A stretch of 64,000 bases of DNA from a virus. Taxonomy: Duplodnaviria > Caudoviricetes. This document shows, piece after piece, positions 9,206 through 19,070 of this stretch. The notes under the pieces are model-generated. The model searched no databases. It saw only the letters and a program-made list of their open reading frames with translations, and had not been told where the DNA came from. Position numbers and translations under genes: made by a program. The DNA is taken from the IMG/VR virus record IMGVR_UViG_3300037067_013379, positions 13,497 to 77,496 of that record; one strand, 5' to 3'. Position 1 is the first letter of the stretch, and every line of letters starts with the position of its first letter.

Positions 9206-11104
9206 ATGGGTACCGGATGGCGGGGCATGCTCGCCCCCCTCGACGTGTCCACCGGGGACGGCCGGCGTTTCCTGTCGTCCGGGGTGTCGTCACGGCAGTT
9301 GCCGTTGCCGTTGAAGTGGCAACGGGCGGACACCGAGGGTCATGACAACTCGGTGATCGTCGGATCGTTGGAACGGATCGAGTACGGGACGGTCGCGGAG
9401 GCGATCGACGCGGGATGGATCGACGCGAAATGTGTCAAACCATCCAAGTTCTCGAAGGACCTGCGCGCAGCGTGGGGATTCGGACAGATGTTCGACGACA
9501 TCAACCCCAACGACATGCCTCGCCTCCACGAGGACGTCATGGAGTCGAAACACCTCCTCGGCCAACAGGTCATCGGACCGTCGGTCGACGCGGGATCCTG
9601 CGAGGCCGTGATCGCCCTCAAGGGATCCGACGAGGCCCTCACCGAGGAGCAGTTCGACGAACTGTTCTGGGGCGAGGGATCGGAAGACGTCGAACTCGAA
9701 CTCCTGTTCACCGAGTACCAGATCGCGGCAGCGACGTTGGTTCCCATCCCGGCGTTCGCCGAGTGCCGGCCGTTCCAGTTGCTCGCCGAGGAGACGATCA
9801 CAGCCGCTGTCCGGAAGACCGGCTGGTCCGACATGCCCCTCGCCGAACGTGACATGGCTTGGGACGGCACGGCCGCCGAGAAGCGGATCGCCGATAACGC
9901 CGGCATCGGGGGCGACAACCCCGACTGGGGCCGGTACGCGCAGGCGTTCCTCTACCAGAACGACGACGCGAACCCCGAGACCAAGGGGGCGTACGGTTTC
10001 CAGATCGCGGACATGGTCGACGGAACCCAGCGAATCATCCCCCGGGCCGTGTTCGCCGTTGCCGGCGTTCTCCAGGGCGCCCGTGGTGGAACCACGATCC
10101 CCCAGGCAGACCAGGACGCCATGAAGGGTGTGGTCGAGGGGTTGTACAACCGGATGGCGGACGAGTTCCAGGACGACACGATCGTTGTTCCGTGGGCGGA
10201 GGAGACCGCGTCACTCATCGCGGCCGTCACAGCCGCTGCCGGCGTGGCGCTCGGCTACGACCCGGCCCTGTTCGACAACCCGAACCTCAACACCATCACC
10301 CCGATCACGGTCACCGACGACGGCCGGGTGTTCGGACACGTAGCGACCCACGACGTGTGCCACGTTGGCATGCCCGGGATGTGCACCACGGCCCCCGTCG
10401 ACGACGACGGGTACGCGATGTTCCACCGGTACCGGCCGGAGGGTTTCCCCGTCCCGGTCGGCCGGATCACCACCGGGGGCGGGAAGTTCGGCTGCACCTG
10501 CCGGCAGTGCGCGGGAAGGAACGACGACCACGCGTGCCTCAAACTGTCGCTCGGTGGGGCGATCGCACACCACGACCGGCTGTCGACCGTCGCCTGGGTG
10601 CGTGCCGGGGAGGACACCCGGTTGAACGCCGTGTGGGTCTCCGGGGTCGCGAATCCGGCCGCGTCGGTCGAGGACCTCGCCGCGTTGTCCCGGCAGAAGG
10701 TGTCGGGTGACTGGCGACCAACCGGGGGGAAACCGGAACTCGTCGAGATCCTCGCCCTCGCCCGTGAGGAGCCGGGTTTCCCACTGCCACGGTTCCGGGT
10801 CGCGGCCGGGCAGGTTGCCGCGCTGACCGCCGCTGGTGTGGTACTACCGTCGGGGGGCGAGACGCCCGATGGGATGACCATCGATTACGAGCGGTTGGCG
10901 GACCTTCTCGCCGGGCGTCTCGCGTCCCATCTTCGCCCGGTGGTTCCCCCGGCCGGTGGAGACGAGACCGCCGTGACGGCCGCTGACACCACACCACCCA
11001 CCGTTGATGATGATGTTGTACCCGGCCTGCTCGGGGAGGTTGACGACGCGGTGAACGCCGGGGTCGCGATTCGTCTCCGGGCCGAACTCGACGAGGTGTT
11101 CTGA
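9206..11104 (+). CDS. Prohead/capsid assembly protein (putative capsid maturation protease)
   Basis: 632 aa, directly after MuF, with WRGMLAPLDVSTGDGRRF, RVFGHVA and VSGDWR segments typical of actinophage head-assembly genes. Confidence 0.65.
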   Translation: MGTGWRGMLAPLDVSTGDGRRFLSSGVSSRQLPLPLKWQRADTEGHDNSVIVGSLERIEYGTVAEAIDAGWIDAKCVKPSKFSKDLRAAWGFGQMFDDINPNDMPRLHEDVMESKHLLGQQVIGPSVDAGSCEAVIALKGSDEALTEEQFDELFWGEGSEDVELELLFTEYQIAAATLVPIPAFAECRPFQLLAEETITAAVRKTGWSDMPLAERDMAWDGTAAEKRIADNAGIGGDNPDWGRYAQAFLYQNDDANPETKGAYGFQIADMVDGTQRIIPRAVFAVAGVLQGARGGTTIPQADQDAMKGVVEGLYNRMADEFQDDTIVVPWAEETASLIAAVTAAAGVALGYDPALFDNPNLNTITPITVTDDGRVFGHVATHDVCHVGMPGMCTTAPVDDDGYAMFHRYRPEGFPVPVGRITTGGGKFGCTCRQCAGRNDDHACLKLSLGGAIAHHDRLSTVAWVRAGEDTRLNAVWVSGVANPAASVEDLAALSRQKVSGDWRPTGGKPELVEILALAREEPGFPLPRFRVAAGQVAALTAAGVVLPSGGETPDGMTIDYERLADLLAGRLASHLRPVVPPAGGDETAVTAADTTPPTVDDDVVPGLLGEVDDAVNAGVAIRLRAELDEVF

Positions 11105-11106
11105 TC

Positions 11107-11271
11107 ATGTGTTGTGGTAACAAGGTGGTCGCGAACCAGCAGGCCAAGGCCGAGTCGGCTACGACGTGGAAGGTCGTTGACGCGTCCGGGAACGTCGTGT
11201 CGACGAAGACCTCCGAGATCGCGGCGAAACTCGCCGCCGCTCGGATCGGTGGAACGGTCACGCAGGGATAG
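11107..11271 (+). CDS. Small head-region protein (MCCGNK...; 54 aa); not in the ORF track
   Basis: ATG lies 2 nt after the upstream stop, the ORF is clean, and a hairpin follows it. Confidence 0.6.
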   Translation: MCCGNKVVANQQAKAESATTWKVVDASGNVVSTKTSEIAAKLAAARIGGTVTQG

Positions 11272-11285
11272 CGTGCGTACGCGAA

Positions 11286-11322
11286 GACGGGGCCGCATCC
11301 AGATTCCGGGTGCGGCCCCGTC
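11286..11322. terminator. Hairpin terminator between convergent genes
   Basis: GACGGGGCCGCA...TGCGGCCCCGTC inverted repeat. Confidence 0.65.
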
Positions 11323-11331
11323 GACGTTGGC

Positions 11332-12192
11332 CTATCGCGTAGGCCACGCTACGACGTCCGTGACCGGCCCGGCGATCACATTCAGGTCAACGGTCACGTG
11401 GTCCGGGTACGAGTACGCGGCAGCGTTCAACTCGTCGGCCGTCATGGCAAGGAGCCGATTGGCCTGCGTCGACGGATCACCCGGTAGTCGCAGCCCGTCA
11501 CGGTGGTAGCCAATGAACCCGGAATGGTAGGCGCGTGGTGTCCACGGGTAGACAACGCCCGTTCCGCTGGCCTCGACGAGCCGATCGAGTAGCCCATCTT
11601 GTTCCGCGTTCGCCTTCGGTAGTTGACTATAGGGAAACGCGACCCGGCAATATCCGATCGGGTTTCTGAAATAGCCTGGTACCAGGTGTTTCCGAATCGC
11701 CTCCAGCCGGTCTGGCCGGAATGACACACCAAGCGATTGGTACCTGGGCGCCAATGACACACGTCCCGGATGTGGTTCGGGGCTCGGGCCGCATTGTAGA
11801 AACATTTGTGCCTGGCACGCCGATACCGCGAACGCGTCGGGGACTAGCGCGTGCGCCTGGTCGTGGAATTCGAAGTACCCATTGGCGATGAATACGTCTT
11901 CCTCCACCAGGTGGATCAAGTCCGGTGTGGGGTGATGGTCCATCGCGTGTTTGTACATGCACAACAGGTTGTGTGAATTCCCGGCGTACGGGTGGCTATC
12001 GACGAGGATCTCGTACCGTCCTGGCCACTTCGAAGACCACCGTTGAGCGACGGTCATGGAATCCTGGTCGTATCCGCGATCGAGGGCGACCCACACCAAC
12101 AGGTCGGGCCGGTCGCATGCGAACAACCGACGGAGGCACGCCTCCAGGAACCCAGCCCGCTGCCATCCGGGAACGATCACGATCTGCATCAA
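11332..12192 (-). CDS. GT-A fold glycosyltransferase
   Basis: N-terminal IVIVP..R..FLEACL and an LVEEDV acidic motif. Confidence 0.7.
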   Translation of the reverse strand: MMQIVIVPGWQRAGFLEACLRRLFACDRPDLLVWVALDRGYDQDSMTVAQRWSSKWPGRYEILVDSHPYAGNSHNLLCMYKHAMDHHPTPDLIHLVEEDVFIANGYFEFHDQAHALVPDAFAVSACQAQMFLQCGPSPEPHPGRVSLAPRYQSLGVSFRPDRLEAIRKHLVPGYFRNPIGYCRVAFPYSQLPKANAEQDGLLDRLVEASGTGVVYPWTPRAYHSGFIGYHRDGLRLPGDPSTQANRLLAMTADELNAAAYSYPDHVTVDLNVIAGPVTDVVAWPTR

Positions 12193-12740
12193 ACGGCCCC
12201 GAAGCGAGCGATGAGGACCCCGGTCATGTACCCCCCGGCCTCGCGTTGCGTCATCTCGTACAACACGCCCTCACGGTCGAGCCACGGGACCAACTTGTGT
12301 CCCTTGACCACCAGCGCCGATTCGAGGTCGACGTCATCGACGATGAGGATCCCCGGCCGTCCGAGCATCGTCGACGCGATCAGCCACTCGTCGAGGATCA
12401 ACTGCGCGTCGTTGTCGGAGTCCAACAACACGACGTCGAAACGCCGGCCCTCGGCCGCGAGGCGCGTCAACACCTGGATCGAGTGGCCCTGGACGAGTTC
12501 CACGTGCTGACGGAGGCCGCGTTCCGCCAGGACCCGTTCGGCGGTTGTCACGTCCAGGTCGATGGACGTGACCGTTCCGCCGTGGTCGCGGACGTGTTCG
12601 GCGAGCGCTATCGTCGACCAGCCATCACCGGTCCGGTACTCGTCGCCTTGCCCCCGGATCGTTCCGGTCTCGACGATGGTCACCTCGCCCAGTGTGGCGA
12701 GTTCATTCCGAATGATCCCCTGGAAGTCCATGCCTCTCAC
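12189..12740 (-). CDS. Class I SAM-dependent methyltransferase
   Basis: IVETGT, VTSIDLD, GHS and FDVVLLDS motifs. Confidence 0.75.
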   Translation of the reverse strand: MRGMDFQGIIRNELATLGEVTIVETGTIRGQGDEYRTGDGWSTIALAEHVRDHGGTVTSIDLDVTTAERVLAERGLRQHVELVQGHSIQVLTRLAAEGRRFDVVLLDSDNDAQLILDEWLIASTMLGRPGILIVDDVDLESALVVKGHKLVPWLDREGVLYEMTQREAGGYMTGVLIARFGAV

Positions 12741-13648
12741 AATTCCGCTAGTAGTTGCAACGCCCTGGTCTTGAACGCGTCATTGCGCGCGTGGAACCGT
12801 GCGCACGCGCCAGCACCCATGTTCGCCCGTTGTTCCGGTGTCATGTTGGCGACGGTACGGACGGCCCCGGCGATTCCACGCGCGTCGACGCGCCATGTCG
12901 TTGCGAGCCCATGTCTGCTCTTCGCCACCGGTGGTACGAGCATTCCGACGTCCGGGGTGATGTGCTCTGACATCGGTGACGCCTTGGTGGTGACGACAAC
13001 GCCACCGACGGACATGCCCTCGGCGATGTAGTGTCCCCATCCCTCCGTCTCCGATGGGCACACGTGGATCTGTGCGCGGTTCAGTTCGCGCGCTAGTTGG
13101 TCTTCGTCGAGCCGGCTGAGGAGCCGCACACCGGCGGGTACGTCTAGGTGATCATTGGAGATGACCGTCAACGGGGGAAGGTCCGGGCTGGTCGCCCATG
13201 CCTCTAACACGGCGCTGGTGCCCTTGAGTGTCGACTTGCCGCGTAGGTGCACTGCGGCGAGTTCCCTCGGAACGTCGGGGTCGCACATGTCCCGGGACAT
13301 GAACCCGGTGTAGACGCTTTTCCGTAGCCCGAGTTGGTGTGTGAATATGGTTTGGGCTTCTTCCGATTTGGTCCACAGTTGGGTGCAGGCGTGTAGCCCA
13401 ATTGTCCATTGGCGTTGAAACCATTCGATGTTGAATATGCCAACAGTTTTGTTCGCGTAATACATCAGCCGTGGATTCCACAATTCGAGGAAGATCGCTA
13501 TGTCGTGACGCGGCATTGACGGCTGTCGCCAGTCAACCCACGACACGTCATACCCCGCCTCGGTGAGGATCCCATCGAGAAGCCGCATGTCACAGGTCAA
13601 TCCAACGCCGTTGTCGCGGCTCACCAGCGCCACACTCTTACCCATCAA
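12737..13648 (-). CDS. GT-B (GT4-like) glycosyltransferase
   Basis: HVCPSETEGWGHYIAEGMSVG..VVTT matches the EX7E motif. Confidence 0.8.
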   Translation of the reverse strand: MMGKSVALVSRDNGVGLTCDMRLLDGILTEAGYDVSWVDWRQPSMPRHDIAIFLELWNPRLMYYANKTVGIFNIEWFQRQWTIGLHACTQLWTKSEEAQTIFTHQLGLRKSVYTGFMSRDMCDPDVPRELAAVHLRGKSTLKGTSAVLEAWATSPDLPPLTVISNDHLDVPAGVRLLSRLDEDQLARELNRAQIHVCPSETEGWGHYIAEGMSVGGVVVTTKASPMSEHITPDVGMLVPPVAKSRHGLATTWRVDARGIAGAVRTVANMTPEQRANMGAGACARFHARNDAFKTRALQLLAEL

Positions 13649-13779
13649 CGCAGGGTACCTCCCTCGCGGCTCGGTAGATCAACACCTGGGTGAGACCCTA
13701 TGCCCGGTAACCGCCACGTGCCATGATCTACACATGTGGCAGGTTGCGATCCCAATCGTTCCGGCTAGAGGGTGAGATC

Positions 13780-14481
13780 GTGAGTTTAGTTGTGATCGTC
13801 CCATCACGGGGCCGTCCCCATTCCGTTGCCGGGCTCGCCGAGGCGTTCGTCGGCACCACGCACGACCGGGACACCCGACTCTGGATCGCCGTTGACTCCG
13901 ACGACCCGGACCTCGGCCGGTACCGGGACGCGGTTGACCGGGTCGACGATCCACGGGTCACGGTGACGGCGGTCCTCGGCGGGTACATGTCGGTAGCCCT
14001 CAACGAGGCCGCTACGGCTGCCGTGGGCGACCCCACCGTTGACGCCGTGGGCTTCATGGGCGATGACCACCGACCCCGCACCGGGGGCTGGGACATCGCG
14101 TACCGGTCCGCCCTGGCGGAGATGGGAGGGGCCGGGATCGTCTATGGCGACGATGGGTTGCAGTCCGAGGCGCTACCGACCCAATGTGCCATGTCCGCGA
14201 GCATCGTGCGGACACTCGGCTGGATGTGTCCGCCGGTTCTGCGGCACCTGTGGATCGACAACTTCTGGTTGGACCTTGGTCGGGCCGCTGGATGCCTACG
14301 GTACCTACCCGGCATCGTGGTCGAGCACATGCACCCGTACAACGGCAAGGCCGAGATGGATGCCGGATATGAGCGGGTCAACTCCACCGAGATGATCGAC
14401 GCTGACAAGGCCGCGTACGAACGGTACGTGGCCAAGTGCCTTGATCGTGACGTCGAGATGGTGAGGGCGCTCCGTGGCTGA
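13780..14481 (+). CDS. GT2-like glycosyltransferase
   Basis: VIVPSRGRP, GFMGDD, IVYGDD, HLWIDN and VEHMHP motifs. Confidence 0.75.
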   Translation: MSLVVIVPSRGRPHSVAGLAEAFVGTTHDRDTRLWIAVDSDDPDLGRYRDAVDRVDDPRVTVTAVLGGYMSVALNEAATAAVGDPTVDAVGFMGDDHRPRTGGWDIAYRSALAEMGGAGIVYGDDGLQSEALPTQCAMSASIVRTLGWMCPPVLRHLWIDNFWLDLGRAAGCLRYLPGIVVEHMHPYNGKAEMDAGYERVNSTEMIDADKAAYERYVAKCLDRDVEMVRALRG

Positions 14482-15082
14482 ACATCGTCTCCACGATCCC
14501 GCCGTGGTGCCAGAGTGCACGACCCGGCAGTGGTACGCCGGCCGGGAGCACGCTCCGCACCTGGAGCAGCCGACCCACCGGGCGCGGCTGCTCGCAGCGG
14601 CATCTGCTGTCGTCGAGGCTGGGCAGATGCTTGGCGCGTCCACCGTCGTTGACCTCGGGGCCGGGGATGGTGGTCTCCTGTCGCTCCTCGGGCCGGGTCT
14701 CACCGGTTGGGGGTATGACCTGCAACCGACCAACGTCGCAGCGGCGCGGAACCGTAACGTCGACGTGAAACTCGCCGATATCACCACCGATCCGATCGTG
14801 TGGGGTGAAATCGTGGTAGCGACCGAGTTACTGGAACACCTCCGCGACCCCCATGGGCTGGTGATCCAAGCGGCACGTCACGGCCGGGCGCTGGTCTGCT
14901 CGGCGCCATGCGAGGAAACCCGCGAGTCGCACTACGAACACCACGTGTGGGCATGGGACCAGACAGGTTTCGCGGCGATGATCACCAACGGGGGTTGGCG
15001 GATCGTACGCCACGGCACCGTGTCAGCCACCCAGATCGTGTTGGCGGTACCGGAGAGACGGGAGTGGGGATGCGTTCGTTGA
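14474..15082 (+). CDS. Class I SAM-dependent methyltransferase
   Basis: VVDLGAGDG, GYD, ELLEHL motifs. Confidence 0.8.
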   Translation: MAEHRLHDPAVVPECTTRQWYAGREHAPHLEQPTHRARLLAAASAVVEAGQMLGASTVVDLGAGDGGLLSLLGPGLTGWGYDLQPTNVAAARNRNVDVKLADITTDPIVWGEIVVATELLEHLRDPHGLVIQAARHGRALVCSAPCEETRESHYEHHVWAWDQTGFAAMITNGGWRIVRHGTVSATQIVLAVPERREWGCVR

Positions 15083-15993
15083 GGGCGATGGTCACCGGCG
15101 ATTCCGGGTTCATCGGACGGCATATGCGGGTCGCGCTGGAACGGCGGGGCTGGGACGTGGTCGGTTGTGATCTGAGGACCGGCAGCGACGCGAGGGACGT
15201 GTTCCTGTCCGACGACAACGTCTATGACCTGGTGGTGCATTGCGCCTACCACGTCGGGGGCAGAGCGGCCATCGACGGTGAACCCCGGCTCCTGGCCGCG
15301 AACCTAGAACTGGACGCGCGACTATTCGACTGGGCTGTTCGCACCGGACAGCGGCACGTGTTGTACTACTCGTCTTCTGCCGCGTACCCGATCCGCCTCC
15401 AGGAGGCTACCGCTGCCGTTCGGATCCTTGGTGGCGACTACGACCGCAGCCGGCCGTGGGTACCCCTTGACGAGGACATGATCGACAATCGGGCGTTGGA
15501 GCAGCCCGACGCGCGTTACGGATGGGCGAAACTGACGGGTGAGCGGCTTGCCGAGTCAGCACGGCTCTCCGGTCTCCGCGTACACGTCGTCAGACCATTC
15601 AGCGGCTACGGCGAAGACCAAGACCTGACCTACCCATTCCCAGCGATCCTCCGCCGCGTCCTCACCGGCGAACTGTCGGTATGGGGACCGCCCGGACAGT
15701 ACCGGGACTGGGTCCACGTCGATGACGTGATCGGCTGTTCCCTCGCCGTCATAGACCAGGACGTTGACGGGCCGGTGAATATCTGCTCCGGTGTTGGGGT
15801 CGAGATGGGTGATCTCGCGGTTCGTATGGCTGGGATCGCCGGGGTCGCGGTTCCGGGCGAGGTGACCTACCTGCGAGATCGGCCGACGGGTGTCATGGTC
15901 AGGGTCGGATCACCAGCCCGGATGGTCGAGATCTACCGGCCGACGGTTGACCTTGACGAGGGAATCCGTAGGGCGATCGGGGACCGGCGATGA
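15070..15993 (+). CDS. NAD-dependent NDP-sugar epimerase/dehydratase (extended SDR)
   Basis: VTGDSGFIG (GxxGxxG), YSSSAAY, YGWAK (YxxxK) and RDWVHVDD. Confidence 0.9.
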   Translation: MRSLRAMVTGDSGFIGRHMRVALERRGWDVVGCDLRTGSDARDVFLSDDNVYDLVVHCAYHVGGRAAIDGEPRLLAANLELDARLFDWAVRTGQRHVLYYSSSAAYPIRLQEATAAVRILGGDYDRSRPWVPLDEDMIDNRALEQPDARYGWAKLTGERLAESARLSGLRVHVVRPFSGYGEDQDLTYPFPAILRRVLTGELSVWGPPGQYRDWVHVDDVIGCSLAVIDQDVDGPVNICSGVGVEMGDLAVRMAGIAGVAVPGEVTYLRDRPTGVMVRVGSPARMVEIYRPTVDLDEGIRRAIGDRR

Positions 15994-16196
15994 TCCTTCC
16001 TCCGGAGCGGCACCAGATCGAGGCAGGGATCGTGCCGTTGGAGCACGTTCGGAGTTCGCTCGACGTCGCGTCGATCACCGTGTTCGCCCTTGTCGGATAT
16101 ATGACCAATAATGGGATTCCGATGGATGCTCGGATCACGGCCGACACGTTCCACGACCAGCCGTTCCTCGAACTCACCTGGGAGCCGCCATCGTGA
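15990..16196 (+). CDS. Small hypothetical protein
   Basis: Translationally coupled at both ends (ATGA/GTGA overlaps). Confidence 0.6.
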   Translation: MILPPERHQIEAGIVPLEHVRSSLDVASITVFALVGYMTNNGIPMDARITADTFHDQPFLELTWEPPS

Positions 16197-16966
16197 CCGT
16201 GTGGGTCGTGATCCCCTGGCGTGCCGGCTGCCCCTACCGGGAGGCCGCGTTCGACTATGTGACCCGGTGGTGGTCCCGCACCTACCCGGACTGGCCGGTT
16301 GTGGTCGGCCCGTGGCCGGAGGAATGGGGGCCGTGGCGGAAGGGCTGCGCGGTACGCAACGCCGGTGTCCACCCAGGGCCTGACGATGTGGTCGTCGTGT
16401 CGGACGCGGACGTCATCCCGGTGGGGGTCGGGGAGGCCGTTGAATCGGTTGGTTCCGGGGGTTGGGGGCGTCCCGTGGCCAGGTGGGCTATGCCGTTCCG
16501 GATGGTCCACCGGTTGTCCCGGGCCGGATCGGAACTGGTCACGTCGGGGCGGCTTGGGTTGCCGGACGGGCCGGTTCCGAAGATGCCCGGGGTGATCGAG
16601 GAGTCGTATGTGGGGTCGGCCGGGGGCGGGACCGTGGTGTTACGGGGCGATGTGTTCAACGCGGTTCCGATCGATCCGAGGTTCGCCGGGTATGGGCAGG
16701 AGGACCTGTCGTGGTCCCTCGCGCTACACCGGTTGGCCGGTGCGCCAACGATGCGCTCGGCCCCGTTGTGGCACCTGTGGCACCCGCCCCAGGAACGTAT
16801 GCGCCGTGGTGCGACGGTGTCCCGGGGGGTTGGATCGGAGGCGGGGCTGCGGTTGTGGCATCGGTACCGGCAGGCGACCACGCCGGCTGTGATGCGTGTC
16901 CTCCTCGCGGAGACTGGGGACGAGTTCATACGGTTGATGGGAGATGTGGATGTTAGTGCGTGTTGA
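16193..16966 (+). CDS. GT2/GT7-like glycosyltransferase
   Basis: VVIPWR, SDADV (DxD), FAGYGQED and WHLWHP motifs. Confidence 0.8.
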   Translation: MTVWVVIPWRAGCPYREAAFDYVTRWWSRTYPDWPVVVGPWPEEWGPWRKGCAVRNAGVHPGPDDVVVVSDADVIPVGVGEAVESVGSGGWGRPVARWAMPFRMVHRLSRAGSELVTSGRLGLPDGPVPKMPGVIEESYVGSAGGGTVVLRGDVFNAVPIDPRFAGYGQEDLSWSLALHRLAGAPTMRSAPLWHLWHPPQERMRRGATVSRGVGSEAGLRLWHRYRQATTPAVMRVLLAETGDEFIRLMGDVDVSAC

Positions 16967-17216
16967 GGTGGAGTTCGATGACACGGTGATGTCGATCGTT
17001 CAGCAGGACGTGTTGTCGTACTCCAGGGATGTGTGTTCGGGGGCCGCAGTCCTCGCGATGGGCCGGTGTGCGGGTCTGATGATCGCGGCCCTGGGCGCCG
17101 GGTCCCGGACGTCTACCGAGGTGCTGGTGGAGGAGTTCCACGAGGCCGTACTCCGGGCGTCCCGGAGCACGGCCCCAGGTTCGACTCACACCTGCGATGG
17201 GGTCGCGTGTTGTTGA
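16944..17216 (+). CDS. Hypothetical protein
   Basis: Overlaps the upstream gene and closes the operon. Confidence 0.5.
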   Translation: MWMLVRVEVEFDDTVMSIVQQDVLSYSRDVCSGAAVLAMGRCAGLMIAALGAGSRTSTEVLVEEFHEAVLRASRSTAPGSTHTCDGVACC

Positions 17217-17219
17217 TCG

Positions 17220-18284
17220 TTAGCGGGTCGCTGTGGTGCGGCCCCGTGCCCGTTGGAGTGCCGGGATCTGTGCGAACAGGTCCCGTGCCCGTGTCGGGGC
17301 GGACGTCGCGGGGGCGATCGTCGGCCCGTCCGGGGTCGCCCCTCGGCGTTCCCCCTCGCAGCACGCGCAGGACCCGGCAGGTTGGCCAGGGTGACGTCCG
17401 CAGTCGTTCTTGGGGTCCTTGGGTGGGGCTGGTACGAACACGGCGCCAGGGATCCACCAGGGGCCGCGAGCGATGATGCGTTGCGGACCGGCCGTGGTCG
17501 GCCCGTACGTCTTGCCCTCGGCGAGTTCGATGATGACCTGGTAGGCGACCGGGGCGGGTAGTCCATCGGTGATCGCCTGCCGAATCGCTGCCCGGACGAC
17601 TTCCGGTTTCCAGGTGGGTTGGTGGCGGATCGCGTCCATGATCGCTTTGGTTTCCTCGTCGGAGGTTTCCTCCCCCCCCGTTTTGGGGTCGGCTACGACG
17701 GTGGGTGCCGGTGGTGCGGGGGGTAGGGGGGAGTTCTTCTTGGTACTTCTTAAAGCAGGTACTTCTTCCTTTAACGACGGCTGGTTAGGGCCTAAAGATC
17801 CGTCGATGGTGTGACCTGCGGAAACGTTGTCTTTCCGCTGCTCGTCACCGTTGACGTGTTCACCATCGACGGAACCACCATCGACGGTGGATCCGTCGAT
17901 GGTCGGGATATCACCGGCGAACGGGTCGAACCCCTTCGGGCGGGCCTTCATGAATACCCTCCACTCCCAACGGAACCGGCCGTGTCCCATGTTGACGCGT
18001 CGGGTGTACAGGTACCGCTTGTCGCGGAGGCCCTTGAGGATCGACGAGATCTTGTCGCGTCCCAGTTCGGGGGCGAGGTCGTTGATGCCAGCCCGGGACG
18101 TGTTCCACTGCCGGCCGGTTCCGGGGCGGAGGGTGAGGAGCGCGGCGAGCATGCCGCGTTCGTGGAGGGTGAGTCCGGCGTAGTCGTCCTCGCCCCGGTG
18201 GAGGGCGTTCGGGGATATCAGGAAGTGGTCGGCGAGGGACTCGGTGATGATCCCGATCTCGATGTCGGACGTGGTCATGATCAC
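17220..18284 (-). CDS. Replication initiator-like protein (N-terminal wHTH, iteron-bearing linker, C-terminal CxxHP..C..C)
   Basis: LHERGMLAALL...GRDKISSILKGLRDKRYL wHTH. The linker has repeated TIDG codons (CCATCGACGG repeats) and an A-rich tract, like lambda O-type rep genes. AGGAA RBS. Confidence 0.7.
   Translation of the reverse strand: MIMTTSDIEIGIITESLADHFLISPNALHRGEDDYAGLTLHERGMLAALLTLRPGTGRQWNTSRAGINDLAPELGRDKISSILKGLRDKRYLYTRRVNMGHGRFRWEWRVFMKARPKGFDPFAGDIPTIDGSTVDGGSVDGEHVNGDEQRKDNVSAGHTIDGSLGPNQPSLKEEVPALRSTKKNSPLPPAPPAPTVVADPKTGGEETSDEETKAIMDAIRHQPTWKPEVVRAAIRQAITDGLPAPVAYQVIIELAEGKTYGPTTAGPQRIIARGPWWIPGAVFVPAPPKDPKNDCGRHPGQPAGSCACCEGERRGATPDGPTIAPATSAPTRARDLFAQIPALQRARGRTTATR
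17718..17903. other. Candidate replication origin inside rep (CCATCGACGG iterons plus purine/pyrimidine-skewed tract)
   Basis: Four CCATCGACGG copies in both orientations at ~17799-17902, next to an AT-richer GAAGAAGTAC..AAGAAGTACCAAGAAG tract. Confidence 0.55.
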
Positions 18285-18505
18285 GGTTCCTTTTGTGCTA
18301 ATGGAACCGAACAAGGTACGATCCGTGTGCGTGTTGCGGACCTACGAGGTTCGGTTTCCGGCCCGTCACCGGTTGGCCCCGGGGACGGGCCTGATTATTG
18401 ACCTCTACCGGATTGCTGGTCGCGGCGGGTATGCTTGCCGTGGTGAGTGTTTCGCGGCGCTCATTCCGCCTTCTGCGTCGGCGGTTGTGTGTTGACGAGA
18501 GAGCG

Positions 18506-18847
18506 TCACCCTCCGTGGTTGGGGGTGACGCTTTCGTCGTTGGTGGCACCGTTGGCCCGGTTACGGGCCTTGCGGAGGCGGATGGACAGGTACGACGGGT
18601 TCATCCCGAGGTGCTCGACGATCCGCGACTGGGTGCCGCGACCGTCGGGGCCCGCGGCGTCGATGATGTCGAGGATCCTGTCATCCCGCCGTTCGGATGC
18701 GCTGCAGAGCATCTCCCGATATGCGGCCTGGGCCGCGACGATGTCCCTACGGGCCTTCTCCCTGACCGCCTCGTACTCCGCGACGATGTCGTCGAGTTCG
18801 GCGATCTCTGCGTCGTCGAGGCCGCGCCGGTTCGGTGTGTGTTCCAT
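18506..18847 (-). CDS. HTH DNA-binding protein
   Basis: C-terminal TQSRIVEHLGMNPSYLSIRLRK HTH; lies directly upstream of rep. Confidence 0.65.
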   Translation of the reverse strand: MEHTPNRRGLDDAEIAELDDIVAEYEAVREKARRDIVAAQAAYREMLCSASERRDDRILDIIDAAGPDGRGTQSRIVEHLGMNPSYLSIRLRKARNRANGATNDESVTPNHGG

Positions 18848-19070
18848 GCCGACAGGCTATGTCCCTTGATCGGGGAACACAACTTTGTTCTCCTGCATTT
18901 AGCAGCACACAGAATATCGTGACCAATCTTCAAGATCGTGATACTTTGCCGGTACAGGTCAACTCCCCGGTGCTGCCACGGTCCGGCCGGGTCGAGGGAC
19001 CGACATCGACACGCACCGGTGCCGCCGCGGTCCGGCCGGGCGTTCCCTAACACTGCAAAGGCAGACGATC

